A stretch of 64,000 nucleotides of DNA from the human T2T-CHM13v2.0 reference genome, Homo sapiens. The position numbers were made by a program, and so were the translations under genes. Under the pieces are notes generated by a model that worked only from the letters and a program-made list of their open reading frames with translations, did no database searches and had not been told where the DNA came from. The first letter of the stretch is position 1. Every line of letters starts with the position of its first letter. Positions 50,542 to 64,000 of the stretch are shown piece after piece. Location: assembly GCF_009914755.1 (NCBI RefSeq), contig NC_060925.1. One strand, 5' to 3'.

Positions 50542-51389
50542 CTAGAAGTTGGAGGAGCAAAAGAGAAAATAAAAGTGATAAATTATTGTAAGAAAAGATT
50601 TCTGCTAGCATTTTCAAACTCAAATTTGGCATTCAGCTGGAGCTGGGCGCAAAGCTTCAGATAAGCTTTTATTGTATATAAAACTACTTCTCTTTTTTGG
50701 GGAGTTAACACTGATAATGAGGATGATGCAACTAGCAAATCAGTTGCATCCAAGTGTTAAAGACCATAAATCCACTTGTTTTAGCTGTTTTTGCTTGAGC
50801 TAATGCTCAAATATATTTTCTGTCAGGAAGCAAGTGGCAATAGCCGCAGCAAAGATATTGGTTCTTGGATAACCCAAGGTGCCCCAAGAAATGATAATAA
50901 ATTCCTTAAAATCTCCTCCCCAAATTTGAATGCACTTTATTTAAAAGCTAAATATATGTTCTCCACAAGAGACTATGGCATGAGGTGAAAAGCCTAACTA
51001 AATATGAAATAGGATTAAGAATCCCTCCACAGTGCCCAGCCCAAATGCTACCATCTCGGTGTGAAGGTCCCCTGACTTTCATTTCAAAATTGCATTTAAA
51101 ATAAACCAAAGACAAAAATTCTTATTTGAATGACCACACATGAAAAACTTGAGTGCAGTTTTAAAATATAAGCCTAATTATAGGCAGCTGAGTACTGCAT
51201 GGGAAAAAAAAAATCATATAACCTTGTAGAAGGGCCTAACTATACAATCACAGTGTCTGAATTTCTCTTCCCTCTGGCTCTAAGAGCATTTTAACTGCTT
51301 ATAATCAGCATCCTCTTCTACTCCTGAAAGTAACTGGTAGTTCCAGACTTTCTTCAGTCCCCACAGAGGCTCAACCCTGCCCCTCTCAT

Positions 51390-51635
51390 TCATAGCCGTT
51401 GATACTGCTTCCCTCTTCATCGGGAAAATTGAATTCATTGGTGTGATCCCATCATCCAGCTTTCTATCTCATTGTACCCACCACAACCTACACGTGTATC
51501 TATGGCCACACACATTGACACTTTTCTTCCAGTCTCAGAGAAAAAGGTGAGTTTTCCTTTGTTTAAGACCCATCTTCTTCCTCTAGGAGCATCATTTAAT
51601 CAGGTGAACCTCTCTCACATACATCTTAAGCCAGC

Positions 51636-51666
<31 letters not shown>

Positions 51667-52860
51667 CTACTGTCTCCTTTTCAGCATATAAACATCTTCA
51701 AGCTACTCCCGTCATTGAAAAAAATTCTCCCTCGATTCCATATCTCCCTTAGCCACATATCTGCCCCGAATCATGGTCTAGCTTCTCTCCCCACCCCACC
51801 ATATCTCCAGCTAAACTTTTCAAAACATCAGCATCCATCATTTTCATTCACAGCTCCATTGCAGTATCCTCTGTACCTTCCTTTCTACTGGAATTGACCT
51901 TATTTCAGTAGTCATCTTTCTGTATTTCACTAGCTACACTGAATTCTGTTAATAATTATCTCCTCCTTAATGAAACTCTAGTATACCTAGACTTCAATTC
52001 AACCATCCTTTCCTGATTTTCTCCAATCCACTCACTATTTCTTCTCTCCTTTTGATATCAACTCCTCTTCCTCTACCTACCCCTTCAGTGGTGTTTCTTC
52101 ACCTTCTAAATGCTATTCCTCCTTTACCCTCATAAAACTTCTTTAATCCTTGTGATTCTAAATACCACATAAAAGTGGATGTGTCCTTTACCTCCAACAC
52201 TGACTTCTCTCCTGATTTTTCTGTTCATATATATAACTGTCCACTAAACAACTCTACCCAAGTGTCCCGTAGACATCATAAACTTAGCATGTCCAAAGTG
52301 GCATTTATCATCTTCTCCCAAACTCATCTCTTCTTGCTATATCCTCTTTCTAAATTAATATCACCTCTATCCCCTGAGACGCTCAAACCAGAAACTTAGG
52401 AATCACCCTTGACTGCCTACTTCATTCTCTACATTAACCAAGCATTTCTGACTTAGTCAATTAAAATGTTATCGAATATCATACTCTCTTCTCCATCCCT
52501 ACTGCTTCTCCCTTAGTGAAAGCCCTGGTAATCAGAAGCTAGTCTCTTTAACAGCCTCTGTATCTGTCTGCCTTTATTTGGTCTTGCTGCCCTCAAACGA
52601 TCTTCTGCAAAACCACCAGGCTGATATACCTAAAGGCCTAACCATACCATTCCCCTTCTTAGAAACCCTTTAGTTGCTTCTCTCCACAATTTTCCAAGCT
52701 CCTTCACGTTTCATACTTTGCCTTAAAGAGCTCTCTCCCCCTACTGATCTCTCCAGCTTCATCTCTCACTTCTCCCCGACTCATGTCGTATGATCTAGAA
52801 ACACTTCAAAATTTCTCACAAATACCACTCTGCTTCACACATCCATGACTTCACATGGAC
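51390..52860 (+). mobile_element. Diverged L2 LINE (~1.4 kb)
   Basis: Pyrimidine-rich L2 ORF and 3' phrases: ctcttcatcgggaaaattga, taaacttagcatgtccaaagt, caaaccagaaacttaggaatcacccttgac, ctcttctccatccctactgc. Confidence 0.8.
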
Positions 52861-53637
52861 TCAAGGGAAGATATGTGGGGTCCTTTCTCTAGTTTGACTT
52901 TGATCTACAAGTCAAACTGTGTGTATTTGTTGGCCTTTTATGGATTACATACTCAAATTGCCTCAGTTAAAGCAGTTTATTGTAACATAACTGGGGAAAT
53001 AAGAGACAGGAAATCACACAAAAGCAACACAGAGCCAGACCTAAGGGAGCACTGGAATATCATTCTATATACAACAGTAACTCTAGTAGGGCAGGAGCAG
53101 TGGGGAGCACTCCATGGCCACTCACAGTTTCCCCTCCAGAAGTAGCTATTCATGGCTCAATTGTTCTACCATTACGGTAGTCCAACTGTTCATAGTGGTT
53201 CTGCTTTACTGGTTTGGGCACAATTGATTTATTTACTATCACCATACTATGGCTTTTCTCTATGCTCTTTTCTAGCTCATGGATGTTTATTGTCTTCTCT
53301 CTGTATATCTTTCTGTTTTACCTCCTACCTGCCTTATAATTTTATGTATGACCAGAATTTAAACTTTCCCTAAGACAGCATCAGATTGGTTGGTCAGACA
53401 CCATGTGTATAGATATCATAGGTACCTCTTTGAGAAGCATTATCCCCCTTAACCACTTCATAGGCCACTTTTGGTGAAGTGTCCTTGTCCTGAGTGTGAG
53501 TTTCATATAGAGAAATTATGAAGATTTTTGAAAAATCTGCTACCAAGAAGACTTTCGATATAAGTGCACTCTGAGATCCCTCAAGAGAAGGTAATATAAC
53601 CAACAGAAACTTTTTATGCCTTGTAAGTTCACTTTTT

Positions 53638-53677
53638 AGACAAGATCAGGCACATTCACGGTGGTATGGTCTTAGAT
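53638..53677 (-). pseudogene. 5S rRNA 5'-end retro-fragment (tailless retropseudogene)
   Basis: Reverse complement atctaagaccataccaccgtgaatgtgcctgatcttgtct matches 5S nt 1-40 (GTCTACGGCCATACCACCCTGAACGCGCCCGATCTCGTCT) at 32/40, with four CpG>TpG changes; TSD tgtaagttcact at 53622-53633 and 53677-53688. Confidence 0.88.
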
Positions 53678-53719
53678 GTAAGTTCACTGTTTAAATCCTT
53701 ACAATTACACCATCATAAC

Positions 53720-53930
53720 ACTCACCTTTTACTGAGCAATGGCTAGGTGACAAATACTTTACATACATTATTTTAATTATTATGAAAACACTGGAAGTCA
53801 GTCACTATTCACACCTTACTGAAAATCATCAAGGAAAATTAGTGTGTCAAGGTTGCCCAGGTGACCTAATAAGTGATAAAAGAATTCTAACCCAAAACTG
53901 CCTGGTTCCAATGCTAATCCTATTCCTTCT
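53720..53930 (-). mobile_element. MIR SINE
   Basis: ttttactgagcaatggctaggtgacaaatact..gttgcccaggtgacctaataagtgataaaagaattctaacccaaaactgcctggttccaa. Confidence 0.7.
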
Positions 53931-55684
53931 GTACCTTTGCTACATCTAGACTATATTTCTTCATCCTCCTGTCTGTAATTTATTACAGAATGCTCTATAA
54001 TACGAACTACTTTATAGCTTTTCTTATTCTTCAGCCTTGTCTTTGTTCGATACAAGAACAAAGTTGCAGCTTTTGACACATGATGTCCTAGTCTCATTGT
54101 GTCTAATATATGTGAGAACTTTTTCTCCAAATTTCTGTCTGTATCATTCTCAGTCAAAAATTGATCAAAGTTTAAAAATTGACAGTATGATGTCCTCATT
54201 AGTCCAGCTCTTCTCTCATTGAGAAGATGGCTTCAGTATAGATATAGCCCAGCAGCATTTTTTTCTTTAGTATGTGGCCGTACATTAAATATACGAATAT
54301 GCTGACATCTAAGTAATTTTAAAGTGAGAAAAATGAATGTGGGGTTTTAACTTTTGTTGACTCAGTAAATAGGCTGGAAGTGTTCATATTTTAAATAAAT
54401 GTACATAAAATAAAAATGTACATTTCAAAGAAGTAACAAAAATGTGTGCTACGGTGGAAATACAAATATCCTCTTCTTTCTAAGTGGAGTTTTCAAAACT
54501 GAAAAGCTTAAGACCATGAACAACTACACACACCCCAGCTTAACTTAGTTCAAATACCACTCAGAGGTGCTGAGTTGAGAGAAATCCTTTGTGAGATCAG
54601 GATGTTACACAACTAAATATGACTTTCAACGTTTTATTTCTATCATTCTTTTCAAATTGCATTCACAGCCACAACTGCTCTCTTCTAATAAAGGTGAGAG
54701 CAATAGCATTTCTTCTTTTAGAATAGCAATGATATTACCAAAGAAAAATAATCAAAGTTGGCAAATTTATTTTGGAACTCTCAATGGAAACCAATGTTCA
54801 TTTAACTTGCCCCATAGCTCTCATCCCCCAAATCATCACCCAGGAATAATAGCTTACAAATTTTAACATTAAATAAATGTAAAGCATTAGAACTGATGCA
54901 AAGTATTATTTTGACATACTGTAATTTGAAAAGGGTAAATCAATTTAAACCATTTTTGTTTAAAATCAGCTCCTAAGGCTATAAACTCACAGTGGTTGCC
55001 AAGTTTCAACCCAAAGTGAATTTTAAGGTCTATGTTATTAACCCTTGAAAAATGAGCTCTATCATGGAAACAATGACAGACCTGGGCACTACCAGGTACA
55101 GCTGCTGAAGCTGACAGTCAGTCAAGTAAGAGTAATGCATGGTTTCTTCATATGCAAATCACAGAATATGTGCTTACCTTTAAAGAGCAATGTCAGATTA
55201 TTGTAAAAGTGTTTAGATATAATAACTTTTTTTAAGAAACCAAATTCATTTATACTGAACTCTCTATGGCTGACATACCATGATAAATCACCTCATTACA
55301 CAGGAAGCCATAAATATGGCTATTGAGGATAAGTGTGATTGTAAATGAGACTGCTGGAATTCTACTGTGTCTTGCAATGACCCTCAATAAAAAGATGCCT
55401 ATGGAACATGGTAAGCTTCCCTTGGAAATAGTGCTCCACGCTTACAATGTTATCCAAATAAGTTTTCTGATCCTTGGGGTTTGTTTCTTAAAATAACACT
55501 ATTAGGGTATATTTTTCATGGCAAAGTCCATGAATTAAACAACAATAAACCTTCTAAACATGTTGCAACACATTAATAAATACAAATTGATGAGTTTATA
55601 TCCTGGGAAAGGTCACAAAGTAGCCGTCTGGGGTGCTAAGGGTATTCTAAATCTTAATCTATTAGTCATTCCAAGGAGTATGTG

Positions 55685-56067
55685 TGTATCAGTCCATTTT
55701 TATACTGCTATAAAGAACTACCCAAGACTAGGTAATTTATAAAGGAAAGAGCTTTAACTGACTGACAGTTCAGCATGGCTGAGGAGGCCTCAGGAAACAT
55801 GAGGCCTTCATGGCAGAAGGTGAAGGAGAAGCAAGGTAGCTTCTTCACAAGGTGGCAGGAAGGAAAAGTGCTGAGCAAAGAGGCAAAAGCACCCTATAAA
55901 ACCATCAAAAACTCACTCACTATCATGAGAACAGCATGGGGAAGATGGCCCCCCATGATTCAATTACCTCCACCTGGTCTCTTCCTTGACACCTGGGGAT
56001 TAGGGGGATTATGGGAATTACAATTCAAGATGAAATTTGGGTGGGAACACAAAGCCTAACCATATCA
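55685..56067 (-). mobile_element. THE1D-like solo LTR inserted in an old L1M 3' end
   Basis: tgtatcagtccatttttatactgctataaagaactacccaagact..caattacctccacctggtctcttccttgacac..cacaaagcctaaccatatca; 5-bp TSD atgtg (55680-55684, 56068-56072); L1M sequence gctgtacacttaagatttgtgcacttta resumes after it. Confidence 0.93.
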
Positions 56068-57204
56068 ATGTGCGTGTATACATGTGTGTGTGTATAATCA
56101 CAGAGCTGTACACTTAAGATTTGTGCACTTTATTCTATGTAGATTATTTTGCAATTTTTTAAAAAGTTAAAAAGCAAAACAAAACAAAAACATTCCGACA
56201 TCCCTAAGTCATTTTTTTAAATGACAGCCTACAGCAAGAACTGCTAACCTGAACTTTAAGTATCTCCTCCCAAATTGGAAGCCCATGTCCTATTCTCCAG
56301 CCCTTGCCTCCCAAATCCTTTTATATTCTTCATGTGCAAAAATGTCAAGGTAGAACTGTTCCCGGGGCGAATTTACTATTCAAATCTGGAAACATTCAGG
56401 CTAAAGTGAGATTTCCAAAAAAGATCGTAATGCCTTTATAGAGAAGTAAGATGAGAAGTTGTCCAGACAGCTGGCAGAAAAAAGGACAGAGAGAAGGAAG
56501 ATATAAAGTGTTCTGAAATATATACAGAGCTGGAGATCAAAGATCCCTAGTATGTCTACCCTCAGGAGTCCCCACAGGTTTCTTGATCCTCAGTTCATCA
56601 TTCCCACCGTTATTCATATTCTTATAATCTGTGCCTCTCACATCCAACTCACCTCCCTCTCACCTGCTCAATCACCAGGTATAGGACAAAAGGAACTACA
56701 AAGTCCCCAGCTGTGCTGTCTGCCAAAGACAATAGGTGCTGTAACAATAGCTCAGCCTCATGTTTAAAAATCAAAACGTCCATTTGATTTTCAATTTATC
56801 TTTAAGTTAGAAACTTTCTGGCTCTTGGTAAAGAAAACCCAAAACATATTCGATATCTGTGTTTATGCAGTACACAGACACCTGAGTATATGGTAAATGT
56901 AGTTTTTGTAGCACATGTTGTTCCTTATTTAATTCATTTAGCCTGACAGAGTTCATAAAAATGAATGCAACAATAGTAATATTTCATTTAGGTCCACTGG
57001 CATTTCTCATGATGTACATTAAAAAGATATAATACATATTATAAATGTGAGAGCAGCTGTATACACAGACATGCTTTTCACTCCAAGGTACATTAATAGA
57101 ATGATAAATTCCATGTATTAAATCTATAAGAACCAAAATACTCCGAGTTAAGACATCTGTACAGAATTAGGTGCCAAATGAAATGTCACAATCAAATAAA
57201 ACTT

Positions 57205-57395
57205 TATGAGAATCATAGGATTTTTTTTAGAGCTAGAAAGAACGTTTGAAATCACCCAGTAAAACTTGCTCATTGACAGATATCTAACCTCAGTTTTTAA
57301 AAAATTAAATGACTTGTATAAGTTCACACAGCAAGTTAATGAAAAAGCCACAGCTAGAATATTCCTTCTCCAGGTACAGTGCTCCTTCTACCACA
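57205..57395 (-). mobile_element. MIR3/MIRc-like SINE
   Basis: gaatcataggatttttttagagctagaaagaacgtttgaaatcacccagt..ttaaatgacttgtataagttcacacagcaagtta. Confidence 0.75.
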
Positions 57396-57744
57396 TCATT
57401 AGCAGCAATGGCTTGTGAAGAAACAAATGCACAAGGTGTCACTGTAATAACCTCATGTGCTCATTTTAGTGTGTCAACGGATGTTTTTTGTGATGCATGC
57501 TCATAATTTCTCACACTTCTGCTAACTTGGTCAATCTTCCCTCTTCTTGAAGACTGGAACTGGAACCAAACTGGATTCTTTAGACCCTAGAGCACATAGT
57601 GCAAATCGAATGGACCCTGTGGGCAACTCGGTTGGTGATGGAGTCAAATACTGGTCATTTATATTCTACATGAGTATTCACACAGACTTAGCCAAAAAAA
57701 CAAGATCAAAATTGTATTTATTTAATATAATACCTTCATCCTAA

Positions 57745-58250
<506 letters not shown>

Positions 58251-59814
58251 CAAAATCACAAATTTAAAAGATCATTAAGACATAGTCTAATTTCTGAAAA
58301 GTATATGAAAATTTCAACTGCAATACTTCACTTGATATCTGACATGCGATTACCAAAGACCTAAACTGAAGGCCAGAGAAAACACTAAAACAAACACCCA
58401 GCATTGCTGCTGCCCAATTTGGCCTTGAGAAATTATATTTGAGTAACATAAACTTCAGTTTACCCTCCTATGCAGCAGCATAAGTCAGAAACTGTTCCTG
58501 TGTCTCAGCTGAAATGTGACATGAAGCTAAGTACGAGGCAGCCGCTCCAGTTTAGACAATACAGTCTTACAACAACTCTTACCACAAGGACAGTGAAATA
58601 TTGCAATAGTAGCAGGTTGCTAACTAATACAAATGATTGGAAGATTCCGTATAAATGTTTGAATTTAGAAAATTATCAAGGAAGCAAAAAAGACCAAGAA
58701 ATTAAGGTTAACACAAGCTGTCTTTTGTTCTTTTATAGAAATGTGTGGATGGAAACCATTAACAGCACTGCCTTGGACACTAGTAAAATTCCTGTAGAGT
58801 GTTTTATAAAGGTAATGAACTTGTATGTGCCTCACTGAACAGGCCTGCTATTAAATCTTCCCTAAGAAATGGGATGAGATTACTGGGGTGTTTTGTGAGC
58901 GGTGTGAGCTTTGCCCGTACATAGCCAGGAATTTTAATCACTGGCCCCAAAATTATGATTTCCCTAAGTAAAATAAAATAGAAACCAATCCAGTACACAC
59001 TCTACATCATCGATTTTTAATCTGCTTCATTTTAAAGATTTCTCTTGTTAGAAGCACATTTGGGGGAAAGGAGTAAAGTAGAAATCTCAAATGACAAATG
59101 TCCAGCCTTGACAACCCAACCACAAACAAATTAAATGTCCATCTCTGTCACAGCTGGCAACCCCAGCCTGGCTTGAGGGAAATCCTCCATGTTGTTTAGA
59201 ACAAATGTATTGGAGGTTAATCAAAATCTAATGAATCCCTTAGGAAAATACTTCCTTAGTCCACTTCTGTAAGAACTGTACTAGTTTGGAGGAGGTATAT
59301 ACCAGTTGTTTTCTGGGATAACAGTTGTTGTGTAAATAAGAGAACTGGACACCCCCAGGAAAACATTTCAGCTATGTCTATTATCCAAATCTATGTCTTC
59401 ACTCACCAAAGTGTCAAGGTGATGCATCAGTTGATCTGTCTAACAATACATTTTATTACTGACATGTAGGGAGAGAAAAGACCAGAAGGAGGAAAGTAGT
59501 CAGGGCAAAGGGAAGAGGCAATTTTTGACCTCTAAACAAAGGCTGTTTGTAATTATTTGGTCTGATCAACCCCTCCAGTTTATTTTGACTATTCTACAAG
59601 TATAAAAAAAAAAAAAAGATGCTGATAAGGGTGAGTTTGGAACATTAATTTAATCAGAGGAAAACAAGGGACATGAAAAGGGCAAGGAAATAAGAAAAAG
59701 GCACCAAGAAAGTTATCATCAGCAGTAATCATATTTGTCCTGAATCCTGGTTCTTTTCAGGACTGCTTACAGTCCTGAAAGATGAGCCCTTTCAATAAAA
59801 AAAAAAACCTGTAA

Positions 59815-60025
59815 TAACTATATCAGACATTTTTCATGGGCTTCCAAGATGCCAGGCACTTCATACACATTATCTCTAAATCTCATTATTGCCTGGCAAG
59901 GAAGGGGTCATTATCCCCATTTTGTAGATGATGAAACTGAATTTCGGAGAGGTTTGAACCTTGCCAAGCACAGAGTCGGTAAGTAGCAAATGAAAATTCC
60001 TACCCAGAGCTTAAGCTGTTTTTAC
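59815..60025 (-). mobile_element. MIR SINE
   Basis: tgccaggcact..ttatccccattttgtagatgatgaaactgaatttcggagaggtt. Confidence 0.85.
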
Positions 60026-60689
60026 CTTACCAAGATCAAATCCTCTTCTTTCTGCCCCTCTCTCTTTCTGGTCTTCTCAATAGTTTTCTCTCTCAGGGAA
60101 GTCCTATTGTTTATAGTTACAAATCTAAAGCAAATTAAAAGCTGCCTCATACCAAAAGGCTACTCCAAACCATGTAATCAGCAAGACAGGTAAAATCACT
60201 TGGTTCTATTATGTTGCAGATTATATAATTAGTCAAAGCAAAACGGGGCAAAGACATGTGGGAGCAAACAGGTTTAGGGCTACACTTCCCTTATGTATAT
60301 TCAGCCTTTGCACAAAGACTTACTGTTCCCACCTTTCTTAGCAGATTCGAAAGTGCTGGGTTCCAATGCCATTTTAAGGTTTACAATCCCTGGAAGGGCT
60401 CAGATGAAAATGAGGCAGCAACCATATGGTTCCAGTTTCCTCCTCTGCCCCAACAAAGAAGCCTACTACACACCTCTAATTAAAGGATAAACATTAGCAC
60501 TAGAAATTGTAATTAAAGGATTTATACACACCTAGGATCCTCTTGACAACACACTCATTCATATTACTGTGTAAAAGTTTTATTTACTCCCATGCGAACT
60601 TACAATTGTAATGCGGTTTTATGGTCCATCCCAAAGGCATAACTTGAAGGGGCTGGAGACACCTTTGGGAAAAAAACGAAAACAAACTA

Positions 60690-61050
<361 letters not shown>

Positions 61051-61189
61051 ATGATGACTTTTTTAAACGGTTTGAAATATCTCTGAGAACTGTATTAGTA
61101 ATATTTGCTAGGAGTCATTGTGGTGTCCACATACTAGCTCCCTTGGGGACAACATGATGTCACTTAGTGTCAAAATATTATGGGAGCAA

Positions 61190-61395
61190 GAGCCTAGGAG
61201 TTGGAGTCAGAAATGCAATAGCTTTGAATTCTGGCTTTGATTCTTTCTAGTTGCTTACTTGTGGTATATTATTTAAATTCCTTGAGTCTCAATTTCCTCA
61301 TAGAGCAAGATCAATATATGTTTCACAGGGTAGTTGTGGGGATTGAATGAGGTAAAGTATATGAAGCCCAACAGAATGCCTTAGCACATATCAGG
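61190..61395 (+). mobile_element. MIR SINE
   Basis: ttggagtcaga..tttgaattctggcttt..ttatttaaattccttgagtctcaatttcctcat..cacagggtagttgtggggattgaatgag. Confidence 0.8.
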
Positions 61396-61897
61396 GTGAA
61401 AAGCTGCTCTGTTCTATATTTCTTTCTCTAAATTCTAGTAACAGATTCATTCAACCAGTGTTTCGACAAGTGCTTTTTGTGCTTCTTCAAGGTAGAAAGC
61501 ACAAATCTAAGATTTTAGGCACTAAAAGGGGTAAGTTATTATCTTCTCTTATTCTTAAAGAACTTATAGATCAGTGGAGGACTTACTGATACATTACTTA
61601 CACGTATATAGAAATTTTATCTTAGGCACAATGTGGTAAGTAAAACTAATAGCTAATATTTATTTAACTCTTTCATTATGCCATATACTGTGATTTATAC
61701 CATTTAGTTTAATGCCTATAACCTTAGTGCTATAGGAGATATTAGTAAAGTTCTGTGAAAGCCCAGAGACAAAAATTATTAATACCAAGAAAGGACACTC
61801 TGAAGGCTCTTCTAGAGTATTTGTGATATTTAAATCAGGTTTTCAAAGATGAGCAGGATTTTAACAGCCTGAGATATTTAATTGTCTAGGAAGAAAA

Positions 61898-62202
61898 AGC
61901 CAGGCACAGTAGCTCACACCTATAATCTCAACACTTTGGGAGGCTGAGACAGGAGAATTGCTTGAGGCCAGGAGTTTGAGCCAGACTGAGCAACATAGTG
62001 AGACCCCTATCATCTCCACAAAAAAAAAAAAAAATTTTTTTTAATTAACCGGGCATGGTATCACATGCCTTGTAATCCTAGTTACTTGGAAGGCTGATAG
62101 CTTGAGCTCAAGAGTTGAGGTTACAGTGAGCTATGATAATACCACTGCACTGCAGCCTGCATGACATAGTGAGACCCAGTCTCAAAAAAAAAAAAAAAAA
62201 AA
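61898..62202 (+). mobile_element. AluJ
   Basis: gaattgcttgaggccaggagtttgag..gcaacatagtgagacccc..gttacagtgagctatgat..poly(A). Confidence 0.92.
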
Positions 62203-63687
62203 GTGAAGGGAACAGAAACAGCAAATGCAAAGATCATGAAAGCGTTCAGTTCAGTATTTCTAGAAAACACAAGTATCCCATAGTAGCCACTGGACTAGAA
62301 GATGAAGCTGTAAAGATAGGATAGAGATAAATGGTAGAGAGCACAGAGACCAAGCTAAGGACTAGATCATTTCCCTATGAATTACCCAATCAGATCTATG
62401 CTTTAAGAAGACCATGGGAGTGGAAGGAACAGATTAGAAAGAGGAGTAACTGGATATAGAGAGTCCAATTCTGGGCCTGGAAATAAAGGTCCAAAGAGTA
62501 CATACATTCACTACTATCCCTGCCAATGAGTTAAGGTAAATATAGTTCTTTCCAGTGGCATTGGTCTGTGTAGGGGGGAATAAAAGATTCAACCTGAATT
62601 TGTGGCTGTCACTGTCTTCCAGGAAGATTAGACTCCTGACAGCCTGAACTGTGGATTGAAGGGGTCTTCATGTGGGAAATTCAACAGGCTGAGAAAAAGT
62701 TGTTAAATAAAATTTAGGAACCAGAGAGAAGATATAAGCCAAGTCTAGGCCTCAGGAAGATTCATATTGGAATTTTTTTTTTACGTATCTGGGCCTTTTG
62801 TAGCTACACATCACACTCATAAAAATTCAATCACCAATAATGTATCAACTCCAAAACAATCACTTGATAGCCTTTTTTCTTCTTTTTTGCAGTGGGTGGA
62901 ACGATAGTTTTTTTATTTTTATTTTTCTGCAGGTGTTTTTTCACATTTAATGCTCCTCAGCCTCTCAAGGAAAGGGTGTTTATCCTCATCCTTGTTTCCT
63001 AAGCCCCTACACAGGACATGGGACATAGAGGATGCTGCATAATTTAATAAATGTTTAATTATTTGATCAATTAATTCAAGTCAGAAGGCCATAATAGGCT
63101 AAACCAGACTTCAGCTGGTTCTAGTTATGTGGATCAATGTGAGAGCCACTTCTTTAGCATTTTAGACAAAGTGGCTCCATAAGGACCTTAGGTCCATTTC
63201 CAGGCCATCCTTGCATTTGTAAAAAGAAGGTTTCCAGAAGAAGGTTGTTTCCACTTCCCCCAAGCTCTATAATATGTATAAGACAGCACAAAATGCAATA
63301 GAATTTTTTCCCTAAATAGATATTTATTCTACTCTTCAGAACCTTGTAAGCATGGAGTATTGGCATTTTTGTGAATTGGTCTCCACTGAACAGATAAATG
63401 CCTGATATATGCTAATATATATGATTTATGTATCTTTTTAGATAGACAAGCCTATACAAGAAGTCTAGAAGTTACAAACCTTCATTTTCTTCCTTGAGTC
63501 TTCTGTCAGTCTGTAATTGAGTCCTCCTTGTCTGGTCTCTGTCTGTCTTCACCTCTTATTTATTCCTGCTCTTTCTGCAGTGTCTCAGCTCTTTCTTGTT
63601 GGCCTTTTGACATGGATTTTCAGTCAAATGGTTCCATCCAGTTTTCTCTCCAATGGAGCTGTGTGTGACTTGTACAGCTCCAGGGTA

Positions 63688-63759
63688 ACTGAGAAAATAA
63701 AGGAAAATGATCATTCCTCATCCACTGAGAAAATAAAGGAAAATGATCATTCCTCATCC
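63688..63759. repeat. Perfect 36-bp tandem duplication
   Basis: actgagaaaataaaggaaaatgatcattcctcatcc x2, identical. Confidence 0.97.
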
Positions 63760-64000
63760 AACTCAAAATTAAGTATGTAAAAGACAAATATTTCTTTTGT
63801 CTGATTGCATATTCAAGCAGACTCTATTGATATGCTTACAGAGTTGTTCTGATTTCTTTATTTTTCCAAAGAATCTTTTCTGTCATCCTTGATAGGTATG
63901 TGCCAGAACTCCAGAGAGTACAGTTAGAACCCTGGCCCCCCAAAAAAAAGGTGGAGGAGAAAATCCTGTCTTGATACAATACCATAAAGATATAAAGTAG

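Noticed and set aside
50393-50632. 79-aa ORF as a single-exon CDS
   Set aside because: Its N-terminal Leu/Ser/Phe run is the translated polypyrimidine tract and it stops inside the donor site; only 50397-50541 looks exonic.

Overview
AT-rich primate (human-like) nuclear DNA, intronic or intergenic. The evidence for primate origin is AluJ/S/Y, THE1D and MST copies, alongside MLT1, MIR, L2, L1M, CR1/L3 and hAT fossils. None of the listed ORFs is a convincing protein-coding gene. One well-formed minus-strand internal exon (50397-50541) suggests the window lies inside a large minus-strand gene, which I cannot name. The main finding is a heavily decayed but collinear fossil of an autonomous Helitron-like (Helentron/Helitron2-type) Rep-helicase gene on the + strand at about 6390-9160. 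Frameshifted remnants of the HUH Rep motifs, the Rep-helicase linker and Pif1 helicase motifs I, Ia and II occur in the expected order and spacing, split by an MLT1B LTR and bordered by MER5A. Smaller findings include a near-perfect 42-bp-arm palindrome, a MIR-derived 39-bp minisatellite, a tailless 5S rRNA retro-fragment with TSD, and a cluster of old palindromes in a repeat-poor zone. Repeat subfamily names come from my recall of consensus sequences, not from a search.
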